From a virus, in IMG/VR virus record IMGVR_UViG_3300008110_000030, positions 34,707 through 98,706 of that record: a DNA stretch of 64,000 nucleotides; one strand, written 5' to 3'. Below, one piece after another: positions 1 through 8,833 of the stretch. Within the stretch, counting starts at the first letter, position 1. Every line of letters starts with the position of its first letter. The position numbers and the translations under genes were made by a program. Below the pieces are notes generated by a model. The model ran no database searches. It saw nothing but the letters and a program-made list of their open reading frames with translations, and was not told the origin of the DNA.

Positions 1-449
1 AATGTTACGGATCGAATGCATACAGGCTAGATGCATGGAATGGTGATCAAAATGGTCATAGCCACAGTATTGTGTTTGACACAAAGACACAAGAAGTTTA
101 TGAAGTTACATCTTACGATTATCGAAACAGTCGTGCATATCGTTTGTTGAATCCCAATTTTGTTAAAAAACATAAGAAAGAATCCAAACGTCGAGATGTT
201 AATTTTGATGAAGCATGGGACGAAGTTAACTATATTGATCTAGAAGTTGATGACGATTGGATTCAAAAAGCATTGTCAATTGAAGCTGGTGAAGTGGACT
301 ATGATACTCGTGTGTCAGTTCCTTTGACTCTAGATCGTGACCAAATGTATGAACTAATGAGTATGGCACATGAACGTGACATGACTTTAAATCAGTTGGT
401 TGAATTTGTTATTAGACAAGAAATTAAAAGGATTGAAAATGGACTATAA
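1..449 (+). CDS. hypothetical protein, probably 5'-partial (reading frame open to window start; ORF-track start at 72 is GTG without SD)
   Basis: No stop in this frame between position 3 and 449; stop overlaps groES start (ATGGACTATAA). Confidence 0.4.
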   Translation, partial: CYGSNAYRLDAWNGDQNGHSHSIVFDTKTQEVYEVTSYDYRNSRAYRLLNPNFVKKHKKESKRRDVNFDEAWDEVNYIDLEVDDDWIQKALSIEAGEVDYDTRVSVPLTLDRDQMYELMSMAHERDMTLNQLVEFVIRQEIKRIENGL

Positions 450-729
450 ACCAGGCGTTGGAAAAGTTGTAGTAAAATTAACGAATCCAGAAAAAACAAC
501 CGCTGGTGGACTTATACTTGCGGAGACTGCGGTTGACCAAACAAATCGAGGAACCGTAATGGCAGTGGGGAAAGGCAAGACGTCAGATGCAGGTGTGGTT
601 ATTGATATTCCTGTTAGTGTAAATGATGTAGTAATGTTCAGTACAGGTGCTGGAGTTGTGGTTGCCATTGACAGTGAAGAAATGCTAGTTCTTAGAGAAG
701 AAGATATCTTCGCTATTGTTGAGGAATAA
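439..729 (+). CDS. groES: co-chaperonin GroES (Cpn10)
   Basis: 96 aa; AGGA 7 nt upstream of ATG 439 (ORF-track start 400 is TTG); matches E. coli GroES motifs TAGG(I/L)xL, AVGxG, C-terminal EExLxLxExDIxAIVE. Confidence 0.85.
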   Translation: MDYKPGVGKVVVKLTNPEKTTAGGLILAETAVDQTNRGTVMAVGKGKTSDAGVVIDIPVSVNDVVMFSTGAGVVVAIDSEEMLVLREEDIFAIVEE

Positions 730-731
730 TC

Positions 732-986
732 GTGACCTATAATTTTAACTTTGATGTCAGCGCACAAATTTCTGCCAAGACCGTAGAAGAAATGATTAAG
801 AAGGTTGTGGAAGAACAAACTGGAAAAAAGGTTACACGCATTGAAATGAAAATGCAAAATGTAACCAAAGGTCTTCAAACAAATGAATATACAGAAACAA
901 CATTTAACGGTTGTAGTGTATATTTTGAAAGTAGTAACACTGACATTGTTTATAATAACTCTTTTAAAAAGGAGACGTACAAATAA
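732..986 (+). CDS. hypothetical protein
   Basis: GTG start with GAGGA SD 6 nt upstream; co-directional tight packing. Confidence 0.45.
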   Translation: MTYNFNFDVSAQISAKTVEEMIKKVVEEQTGKKVTRIEMKMQNVTKGLQTNEYTETTFNGCSVYFESSNTDIVYNNSFKKETYK

Positions 987-1891
987 TGGCCACTTTAGAA
1001 CAACAACAAGAGTTAATTGAAACTCTAAAATTTACACCACGCACTTACAAAATCTATATTGGCGGATATGGTGGAGAATCATATGCCGGCACTGTGAGCA
1101 AAGAAATATACGAGTTTTTCAAAGAAAAGAAAATTAATATTGAACAGTACGCTACGGACTGGGATAACTTGTTTGGTGATGTTCCTAGAGAATTGCAACC
1201 ATATAGTCCTGGTAGCCCTTACGACTGTGGCAACTTGTTTCATGCAAGTGGCGCAGAGATGTCCAACTCAAACGAAATTCAAATTATAGATGAAAATGGT
1301 AACGATCATTGGTCTTGTGCCGCAGGTTTAAACGAACTTGAAGATGCTGGTGTTACTGTGAACGAATGGGGTGGATGTAATTTAGATGATTTGCCTGAAG
1401 ACACTATTGTACACTGGGGTGGTCAAGGTGAGAAGGGCACATTCTTTGATGGGGAATTTGAACTAACACAACCTTTTAATCCAAAGCTCTTAACAGTTAG
1501 CTATGAAAATTGTGATGGGTGGTGGATCATTAATGGTGTCGAATATGATGGTGTTGAAATTGATGGCTCAAACGGATATTCAACTACTGGCAAATGGAAT
1601 GAAACTAAATGGATCCTTTGCAACGGTGATGAACCATACGAAGGTGAAGAGCGAGATGAAGACTATGTTGCTGAACCTAATGAACAAACATTTCATGCTG
1701 AAACAACAGAATGGTTTGATAAAGCAGTAAAGCCTACACACAAGGGCAACTATGAAGTTATGATAGATGCCGCTTGGCCTAATGGTGGTGTAGGAATGGT
1801 AGAATGGACTGGCCGAGGTTGGAAACAAGATGGAAAGAAAGTTGCTATAGTTCAATGGCGTGGACTAAAATTTAAACCAAGTAGTGAATAA
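986..1891 (+). CDS. hypothetical acidic Gly/Trp-rich protein
   Basis: 301 aa ORF, AAAAGGAGA SD before ATG. Confidence 0.55.
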   Translation: MATLEQQQELIETLKFTPRTYKIYIGGYGGESYAGTVSKEIYEFFKEKKINIEQYATDWDNLFGDVPRELQPYSPGSPYDCGNLFHASGAEMSNSNEIQIIDENGNDHWSCAAGLNELEDAGVTVNEWGGCNLDDLPEDTIVHWGGQGEKGTFFDGEFELTQPFNPKLLTVSYENCDGWWIINGVEYDGVEIDGSNGYSTTGKWNETKWILCNGDEPYEGEERDEDYVAEPNEQTFHAETTEWFDKAVKPTHKGNYEVMIDAAWPNGGVGMVEWTGRGWKQDGKKVAIVQWRGLKFKPSSE

Positions 1892-2023
1892 CAATGTTAA
1901 ATCTTCGTGAAATGATGATTGAATATATTTGTTTTGCTTTTGAAGAACAAGAGCTTATGACAAAGTTTCATGTGAGTAAAAATGAATTGTCTGATTTATG
2001 TGATCTCGATTTGTTAGAGATTT

Positions 2024-2287
2024 ATGACCAAACCATACTTTCCCCAATTCAAGAATAAAGAAGCAGCCATTGCTTTCATACGCAAAGTAATGGGTCCACC
2101 TAAGGCTACATTGGACGGCAAACAAAAAAGTGATATTCTTTTGCTCATAGCCATGATGGAGCCTTTTCGTGCAACAAACAATCAGCACAGTTTTACAGAA
2201 TATTATCGTATAGGCGATACTGAATATCATGTGACTACATTTCCAGACGGAGACATAGTTGTAGACAAGATGTTAAAGGATGACTAA
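2024..2287 (+). CDS. hypothetical protein
   Basis: 87 aa ORF co-directional with neighbours; competes with antisense ORF 1955-2230. Confidence 0.4.
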   Translation: MTKPYFPQFKNKEAAIAFIRKVMGPPKATLDGKQKSDILLLIAMMEPFRATNNQHSFTEYYRIGDTEYHVTTFPDGDIVVDKMLKDD

Positions 2288-2526
2288 TGGCAAGTCTGGC
2301 TGAATGGTTTGAAAAGCAAGAACGATACAAACCCAAATGGGAATACGGTACCCGTGTATTTGGCTACTGGAATAAAATTCCGTTCGTTGGTATGATAATT
2401 GCTGATAGAGAAAAGGATCATATCCTAGTTCACGCAGACTTGCCAATTAAGTTTGATAACAAATTACACAATGTCATAGTGGTTAAACATAGAGACATCA
2501 AATCAAAGTTACAGCCTCTTTTGTAA
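2287..2526 (+). CDS. hypothetical protein
   Basis: ATGA overlap with previous gene (translational coupling). Confidence 0.4.
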   Translation: MASLAEWFEKQERYKPKWEYGTRVFGYWNKIPFVGMIIADREKDHILVHADLPIKFDNKLHNVIVVKHRDIKSKLQPLL

Positions 2527-2574
2527 CCATAAATAGATTGTTGGATTTTCTTCCAACATTTTTAAGGAGAAAAG

Positions 2575-3615
2575 ATGGACTTTGTATTAAACGTTCTGTT
2601 AAAGAACATGTCATACCTATGGATGATATTCTTCATTATGATCACTGCTGGACTAGCTAAAGAGTACGCTCTTTTTGCCCCAGCATTTGCCTATGTAAGA
2701 AACACATTCCGTAGCAATAAGTTCGTAGTAGTTCTCCTAAGCGCAATTGGCGGAGTATTGCCAATTGAAGGTCGAGTCACTGTGTCAGCAGGTCTGCTTG
2801 ATACAGTAGCGCCAAAAGATGGACCAGGCCGTGAAAAGTTAGGTATTGTTGATTACTTGAGTACGCACCACTATTATTTGTGGAGCCCTCTTGAGAAAAC
2901 AGTAATCCTACCAATTGCGGCATTTGGTTTAACTTATGGTGCATGGCTTGGTCTGGTTGCACCGTTGTTGATTGTTAGTTTTGCTTTTATTACTTGGTAT
3001 ATATGGAGTCAAGTACATAACGAGCAAATAGTGATCACACCAGGAAACTTTAAACTATCATCAGTCTTACGCAATGTTATTCCAATGTTTGTGGCCATTG
3101 GTCTTTACATTTACAATGACAAGTGGATGGTTGGTTGTTTTGGTTTCCTAACCCTGTACTACATTATCATTAGCCAACAGTGGAACATTAAGAAATTATT
3201 AGGCTACGTTCGATGGGATGTATTGGCATGGGTTGGTGCAGTTATTATGCTAGGAAACTACATGAAAACTTATGATGCCGCATGGCAAACAATGCTAAAG
3301 ACAAGTGTGCTTGATCCGCATACTTTTGTTGGCATGGTTGCTATATCAGCAATTGGTTTCATAGCCAGCTTCTTAATGGGTAGTAGTGGAAAGTTTATAG
3401 CAATCGCTGTATTGATGTCTCAAGTCTTTGGAGTTGAGTATTTCTTATGGTTCTTTGCTATCGACTTTGCAGGCTATCTCATTAGCCCTACGCATAAGTG
3501 CGTTATGATTGGAAACAAATATTTTGGAACTCCAGTCGGCACTTATTATAAGGCATTAGGAGCATGGGGTGGATTAATGCTGATAACGGCAGGTTTGATT
3601 ACTTTTGTAATCTAA
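2575..3615 (+). CDS. polytopic integral membrane protein (about 8-10 predicted TM helices)
   Basis: 346 aa, many long hydrophobic stretches; TAAGGAGAAAAG SD before ATG. Confidence 0.6.
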   Translation: MDFVLNVLLKNMSYLWMIFFIMITAGLAKEYALFAPAFAYVRNTFRSNKFVVVLLSAIGGVLPIEGRVTVSAGLLDTVAPKDGPGREKLGIVDYLSTHHYYLWSPLEKTVILPIAAFGLTYGAWLGLVAPLLIVSFAFITWYIWSQVHNEQIVITPGNFKLSSVLRNVIPMFVAIGLYIYNDKWMVGCFGFLTLYYIIISQQWNIKKLLGYVRWDVLAWVGAVIMLGNYMKTYDAAWQTMLKTSVLDPHTFVGMVAISAIGFIASFLMGSSGKFIAIAVLMSQVFGVEYFLWFFAIDFAGYLISPTHKCVMIGNKYFGTPVGTYYKALGAWGGLMLITAGLITFVI

Positions 3616-3621
3616 GCATTA

Positions 3622-3645
3622 GAGGGGCTCAATGCCCCTCTTCTT
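3622..3645 (+). terminator. rho-independent terminator hairpin GAGGGGC-TCAAT-GCCCCTC followed by TTCTT
   Basis: perfect 7-bp GC-rich stem directly after stop of 2575-3615. Confidence 0.7.
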
Positions 3646-3726
3646 AACTAAAAATTATCGACTTGGTATAACCAGTCGCTTGAGAATCGGAAGACGGCTC
3701 TCAACTTAAATCTTAAAGGTGATTAT

Positions 3727-4620
3727 ATGAAACAAATAGCAATACTAGCTATACTGTTGGCTACCACGTCAATAGCTATGGCACAAAGTAGAGTTGGCAC
3801 CATAGCCGACGAAGCAGTTAAAGAAATGTCAGCAAAACAAAATCTTCCAGACCTGTCTGGAGAGTCGCAGACATTACCTCCCGTAACAGTTACAGCAGAA
3901 AAAATTGATCAATTTGATCGAGTTGGACCATACAATCAACCAGTGTGGACTACTGGTAGAATGTTTCCTAGTACTAGAACTTATGTTATGACCCCACCAG
4001 GGACAATGATGTACGAAAAATGGTTTGACTTTAGAAATAGACGTAATGGCCCAACCCAAATTCGTATGCGAGATGAGTTTGCGTTTGGTCTTGGAAATAG
4101 GTTAGAGTTAGACCTATATGCACACACAGTTTATGACGGCCCGTCAGAACAAAAAGAGTTCAATTGGCGAGGCTTTAGTTGGGAGATACGATATGCTCTA
4201 GCTGATTGGGGTAAAATTCCTGGTAACCCCACTTTGTACTTTGAGCACAAATTAATTAACGGTCGTCAAGGAATTGAACCTAAATTATTACTAGGAGATA
4301 GAATTGGGGAGACAGATTATATCTGGAGTGCAAACTTCATATATGAAGCCAATCTCGCCAAAGCTAATGCTGACAAAGAACGAGAGTACGCCGCTACATT
4401 TAGTTTAGGCAAGATTATTGATAATGATCTCATGCTTGGTTTCTCGTCTATGTATCGTTATCATAACTATGATCAAAACATTCAAGAGCTTTATGCTGGT
4501 CCCGTAGTAAATTGGCGGATCAATAAAAAGGCTAGACTTAGTTTTGAACACATGCCTAGATTAAGCGACGACGGATATAACGACAGCAGAAGTTTGTTTA
4601 TTTTTGGTTGGACTTTATAA
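3727..4620 (+). CDS. secreted protein, possibly outer-membrane beta-barrel-like
   Basis: N-terminal signal peptide MKQIAILAILLATTSIAMAQ; alternating amphipathic segments; aromatic-rich C-terminus FIFGWTL. Confidence 0.5.
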   Translation: MKQIAILAILLATTSIAMAQSRVGTIADEAVKEMSAKQNLPDLSGESQTLPPVTVTAEKIDQFDRVGPYNQPVWTTGRMFPSTRTYVMTPPGTMMYEKWFDFRNRRNGPTQIRMRDEFAFGLGNRLELDLYAHTVYDGPSEQKEFNWRGFSWEIRYALADWGKIPGNPTLYFEHKLINGRQGIEPKLLLGDRIGETDYIWSANFIYEANLAKANADKEREYAATFSLGKIIDNDLMLGFSSMYRYHNYDQNIQELYAGPVVNWRINKKARLSFEHMPRLSDDGYNDSRSLFIFGWTL

Positions 4621-4712
4621 AATTGTTTTGCTATTGACTTATGAAATAAATATCATTATAATAGCATATTATACACTATTCAGAGCATAGCTCTTATATT
4701 ATAAAGAAAGCA

Positions 4713-4747
4713 GTGGGGGCATTATTATTCAGCCCCCACTTTTATTA
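4713..4747 (+). terminator. rho-independent terminator AGTGGGGGC-loop-GCCCCCACT + TTTTATT
   Basis: 9-bp GC stem followed by T-tract downstream of 3727-4620. Confidence 0.75.
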
Positions 4748-4767
4748 GCACTGTGGCATTCTTGATG

Positions 4768-4775
4768 TATAAATA
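4768..4775 (+). promoter_or_regulatory. T4-type late-promoter-like motif TATAAATA upstream of dnaK
   Basis: exact TATAAATA 80 nt upstream of dnaK ATG, just after a terminator; motif alone is weak evidence in AT-rich DNA. Confidence 0.3.
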
Positions 4776-4855
4776 ATTATACACTGATGCACCTAATGGG
4801 CACAGTAAACGGGCAAAGCCCAAATATAAAGATCTTACTTTAAAAGGAGATAAAA

Positions 4856-6745
4856 ATGTCAAAGATCATCGGTATCGACCTCGGTACAACAAACTCATGC
4901 GTAGCCGTTATAGAAAACGGAATCCCCAAAGTTATTGAAAATAGTGAAGGTGCTAGAACTACACCCTCAATTGTTGCCTACGCCAACAATGAAATCTTAG
5001 TAGGTGCTACTGCAAAACGTCAAGCAGTAACAAATCCTAAAAATACAATCTATGCTAGTAAGCGTTTGATTGGACGTAAGTTTGAAGAACAAGCTGTACA
5101 AAAAGATATTGACCTAATGCCTTACAAAATTGTTCGAGCAGACAATGGTGATGCATGGATTGAAGCTAACAACGACAAACTTGCCCCACCACAGATTTCG
5201 GCAGAAGTACTCCGCAAGATGAAAAAAACTGCGGAAGACTATCTTGGAGAAACTGTAACACAGGCAGTTATTACAGTCCCAGCTTACTTTAACGACAGTC
5301 AACGTCAAGCAACAAAAGATGCAGGCAAAATTGCTGGCTTAGAAGTTCTACGTATTATTAATGAACCAACAGCGGCTGCACTTAGTTATGGTGTTGACAA
5401 AGCTGATAAAGCTGACAGGAAAATTGCTGTTTACGACCTTGGTGGTGGTACATTTGACGTAAGCATTATTGACATTGCTGATGTTGATGGTGACAAGCAA
5501 ATTGAAGTGTTATCAACCAACGGTGACACATTCTTAGGCGGTGAAGATTTTGACCAACGTATTATGGATTACTTGGTTGACGAATTTAAGAAAGAGCAAG
5601 GTGTTGATCTAAAGAAAGACATGTTGGCTCTACAACGTCTTAAAGAAGCAAGTGAAAAAGCTAAAATTGAATTATCAAGTTCAGCACAAACAGATGTTAA
5701 CTTGCCATACATTACAGCAGATGCAAGTGGTCCTAAACACATGGCAATTAAGTTGACTCGTGCTAAATTTGAATCAATGGTTGATGACCTAATTCAACGC
5801 AGTTTAGATCCATGCCGTCAAGCTATGAAAGATGCTAGTGTTACTGCCGCAGACATTGACGAAGTTATCTTGGTTGGTGGTCAAACACGTATGCCTAAGG
5901 TACAAGAAGAAGTTGAAAAACTTTTTGGTAAAGCTCCACGTCGTGATGTAAATCCGGACGAAGCTGTAGCAGTTGGTGCGGCAATTCAAGGTGCTGTTTT
6001 AGGTGGTGATCGTAAAGATGTTCTACTACTTGACGTTACTCCATTAAGTCTTGGTATTGAAACACTGGGCGGCGTAATGACCAAGATCATCCAGAAGAAT
6101 ACAACTATTCCTTCTAAAGGACAGCAAACATTCTCAACAGCTGAAGATAACCAGCCTGCGGTTACTATTAAAGTATTCCAAGGTGAGCGTGAACTTTGCC
6201 AGCATAATAAAATGTTGGGAGAGTTTAATCTTGAAGGCATTGCTCCAGCTCGTCGTGGTCAGCCACAGATTGAAGTTACCTTTGACATTGACGCTAACGG
6301 CATCATGAACATTAGTGCTAAGGACAAGTCAACTGGAAAAGAAAACAAGATTACTATCAAATCAGATAGCGGTCTTAGCAAAGAAGAAATTGAAAAAATG
6401 ATTCAAGAAGCTGAAGCAAATGCCGAAGCAGATAAAAAAGCACGTGAACTAATTGATTCTCGCAACAACGCAGAATCACAAGTACACTCTGTTAAGAAAG
6501 ACTTAACAGAGTATGGTAGTAAAATCACTGAAGATGACAAGTCTAAAATAGAAACTGCTATTAAAACTGTAGAAGATTCTATTAAGGGCGACGACACTGA
6601 AGTGATTACTAAATCAGTGACAGCATTGTTTGAAGCAATGACACCACTGATTCAAGCAAAGACTAGTACTGCTTCAGAAAGCAACAACAATAATCAAGAC
6701 GATGTTGTTGATGCTCAATACACTGAAACACCTAAGTCTGAATAA
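4856..6745 (+). CDS. dnaK: molecular chaperone DnaK (Hsp70)
   Basis: 629 aa; canonical Hsp70 motifs [33 protein letters not shown]; AAAGGAGAT SD. Confidence 0.95.
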   Translation: MSKIIGIDLGTTNSCVAVIENGIPKVIENSEGARTTPSIVAYANNEILVGATAKRQAVTNPKNTIYASKRLIGRKFEEQAVQKDIDLMPYKIVRADNGDAWIEANNDKLAPPQISAEVLRKMKKTAEDYLGETVTQAVITVPAYFNDSQRQATKDAGKIAGLEVLRIINEPTAAALSYGVDKADKADRKIAVYDLGGGTFDVSIIDIADVDGDKQIEVLSTNGDTFLGGEDFDQRIMDYLVDEFKKEQGVDLKKDMLALQRLKEASEKAKIELSSSAQTDVNLPYITADASGPKHMAIKLTRAKFESMVDDLIQRSLDPCRQAMKDASVTAADIDEVILVGGQTRMPKVQEEVEKLFGKAPRRDVNPDEAVAVGAAIQGAVLGGDRKDVLLLDVTPLSLGIETLGGVMTKIIQKNTTIPSKGQQTFSTAEDNQPAVTIKVFQGERELCQHNKMLGEFNLEGIAPARRGQPQIEVTFDIDANGIMNISAKDKSTGKENKITIKSDSGLSKEEIEKMIQEAEANAEADKKARELIDSRNNAESQVHSVKKDLTEYGSKITEDDKSKIETAIKTVEDSIKGDDTEVITKSVTALFEAMTPLIQAKTSTASESNNNNQDDVVDAQYTETPKSE

Positions 6746-6793
6746 GGCACCGTTAAGGGCCTAATTTGATTCTTACTTTAAAAGGAGATTATC

Positions 6794-7228
6794 ATGAATC
6801 AACTAAGAACTATAGATGCAGATACACTAACAAAAGCTCTAATTGGATTTGACACAATGTTTGACCAATTTGAACGTAGGTTTTCTAATTCAATGAGTAA
6901 TACATATCCTCCTCATAATGTTATCAAAATTGATGACAACAATTATGAGATTCAAGTGGCTGTAACTGGTTTTGGAAAAGATGATGTTACTGTTGAACTT
7001 GATCAGAACGTGTTAATTGTGACTGCTGGTAGAGATGTTGTTGAAGATGAAAAAACATATCTACACCGTGGACTTGCACAACGCAATTTTGTTCGCAACT
7101 TCCCACTTGCTGAGCATATTGAGGTTAAAGGTGCAGAACAAAAGAACGGCATCTTGTCTATTAGACTAGAGCGCATTGTTCCAGAAGCACTCAAGCCACG
7201 TCGAATTAACGTCACGTATTCAGAGTAA
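6794..7228 (+). CDS. ibpA: small heat-shock protein, IbpA/IbpB (Hsp20) family
   Basis: 144 aa; near-collinear with E. coli IbpA (YPPxNV, RTYLxxGxAxRNFxRxFxLAExIxVxGA, ERxxPEAxKPRRI). Confidence 0.9.
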   Translation: MNQLRTIDADTLTKALIGFDTMFDQFERRFSNSMSNTYPPHNVIKIDDNNYEIQVAVTGFGKDDVTVELDQNVLIVTAGRDVVEDEKTYLHRGLAQRNFVRNFPLAEHIEVKGAEQKNGILSIRLERIVPEALKPRRINVTYSE

Positions 7229-7233
7229 TTGGC

Positions 7234-7263
7234 AAAGGGGCCACTTGTGCCCCTTTGTTATTT
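7234..7263 (+). terminator. rho-independent terminator AAAGGGGC-CACTTGT-GCCCCTTT + GTTATTT
   Basis: 8-bp stem immediately after ibpA-like stop. Confidence 0.7.
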
Positions 7264-7300
7264 GTAGTATAATAAGTAAAAATAATATTTAGGAACTTAA

Positions 7301-7603
7301 ATGGGTGAAATTGCTACCAAACAAAAAAGTCTAGTAACTACAGATCTAATTGAACCTAGAAAGTTCAAAGTGATTTTCTTTAATGATGATAAAACTCCAA
7401 TGGATTTTGTTATAGATTTGTTGATTAATTTATTCAATCATGACCAAACTAGTAGCAGTAAACTAACAATGGAAATTCACAATGAAGGGTCAGCAGTAGT
7501 TGGGATTTACCCTTATGAAATCGCCGAGCAAAAAGGAATTGAATCCACACACATTGCTCGTCAAGCAGGCTACCCATTATTGATTAAAGTTGAATCGGAG
7601 TAA
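7301..7603 (+). CDS. clpS: ATP-dependent Clp protease adaptor ClpS
   Basis: 100 aa; FKVIFFNDDKTPMDFVIDLL matches ClpS core [20 protein letters not shown]; C-terminal HPLL-like YPLLIKVE. Confidence 0.85.
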   Translation: MGEIATKQKSLVTTDLIEPRKFKVIFFNDDKTPMDFVIDLLINLFNHDQTSSSKLTMEIHNEGSAVVGIYPYEIAEQKGIESTHIARQAGYPLLIKVESE

Positions 7604-7605
7604 CG

Positions 7606-8151
7606 ATGAGTTTACGAGAAATTACTAAAGATTTACATCACGAAGCAGAAATAACAAAATTTGCCAAGTTATTGCTAAGTGGAAAAATTGAAAAATCTGA
7701 TTATAAGAATTATCTATATAATCTAATGGCAGTATACGATCCAATCGAGTGGTACTGCAAACGTCAAGGTTTCCTTGACACAATGCCTACACTGCCAAGA
7801 CTACATGCTATCCATGCAGACTTTGTAGAATTAGATGATGGCACATATTGTTATCTAACGCCAGCGGCTTTAGAATATCAAGCATACTTACATAAACTAG
7901 GCAATGATCCAGAACGTAAACATTTGGTTAAGGCGCATTTATATTGCCGCCATATGGGCGACCTATTCGGTGGTCAAATCATTAAGAAACAAGTAGCACA
8001 CATTTCAAGTGGTAAATTTTACGACTTTGAAAATGCTGATGCTATGAAGATGTCTATTCGAGAAACACTCACAGATGATCTAGGAGATGAAGCTCGTGTG
8101 GCATTTGAATTTGCTATTAAGATGATGCGTGACTTATATGCAGGAGAGTAA
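7606..8151 (+). CDS. heme oxygenase (HO-1/HemO family)
   Basis: 181 aa; N-terminal LxExTKDLHHEAE...F (proximal His region) and LYxxYxxxE pattern of heme oxygenases; GGAG SD. Confidence 0.8.
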   Translation: MSLREITKDLHHEAEITKFAKLLLSGKIEKSDYKNYLYNLMAVYDPIEWYCKRQGFLDTMPTLPRLHAIHADFVELDDGTYCYLTPAALEYQAYLHKLGNDPERKHLVKAHLYCRHMGDLFGGQIIKKQVAHISSGKFYDFENADAMKMSIRETLTDDLGDEARVAFEFAIKMMRDLYAGE

Positions 8152-8827
8152 AGTATGGGACACACTAATTGAGATCCAAGCTCTACTTGAGGAGTCGTTT
8201 GAAAAAACAGGAGTCGAAGTATTCGAACCTGGAATGGATCGTTTTAATCAACCTGGTTGGGTTAATCGTGTATGGTCTAGTGATAAGTATCGCCGGGCCC
8301 ACGTTGATGTCGTTGATGCTAGGCTGACCAAAGGTCTTTGGATGATGCACTGTTGCATCTTCCCTCATACACACAATCCAGCACCAATTTACGGCTTTGA
8401 TGTTATTGCTGGTAAGAACAAAATTACTGGTTGTTTCCACGACTATAGTCCTGCTGGCGACAAAAATCATCCTATGATAGAATGGTTTGGTCAAGAAGTT
8501 AGCAAGTTAGAGTGGCGCAGAGAACGAGCACTTCCTGATTGGGCTCAGCGTATTTTTACCAAGCACATGGTGGCGGCAGGCAATGTTCAAGATGAAACTG
8601 AGTTACAACAAATTACAGATCTTGCTAAAACTACAGTAGAACACTATCTCAGTACTGTTGCAGAAACTAATAATACAGTGCCTGATACTACATTTGAGCA
8701 AGACTACTACGCACAAAATCAAAAACAAAACCCACATACTCCTAGAGTTATGGTTAGTTTAGGGCTTTCAGAGGACGATGTCAAGCATTTCATACAAGAA
8801 TGTCTATTTCCCGAAATTGGTAAATAA
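8129..8827 (+). CDS. ferredoxin-dependent bilin reductase (PcyA/PebS/PcyX family)
   Basis: 232 aa directly after heme oxygenase; LWMMHCCIFPHTHNPAPIYGFDVIAG...DYSP parallels PcyA LDILHCVMFPEPxYGLPLFGCDIVAG...DLSP; start ambiguous (8129 or 8138). Confidence 0.7.
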   Translation: MTYMQESKVWDTLIEIQALLEESFEKTGVEVFEPGMDRFNQPGWVNRVWSSDKYRRAHVDVVDARLTKGLWMMHCCIFPHTHNPAPIYGFDVIAGKNKITGCFHDYSPAGDKNHPMIEWFGQEVSKLEWRRERALPDWAQRIFTKHMVAAGNVQDETELQQITDLAKTTVEHYLSTVAETNNTVPDTTFEQDYYAQNQKQNPHTPRVMVSLGLSEDDVKHFIQECLFPEIGK

Positions 8828-8833
8828 TACATT

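Noticed and set aside
1955-2230. 91-aa minus-strand ORF
   Set aside because: Conflicts with co-directional + ORF 2024-2287; region otherwise entirely + strand; low confidence either way
4760-4790. Possible sigma32 heat-shock promoter (CTTGAT...CACTGATG) upstream of dnaK
   Set aside because: -10 region matches CCCCATNT consensus at only 4-5 of 8 positions; T4-late TATAAATA reading is at least as plausible
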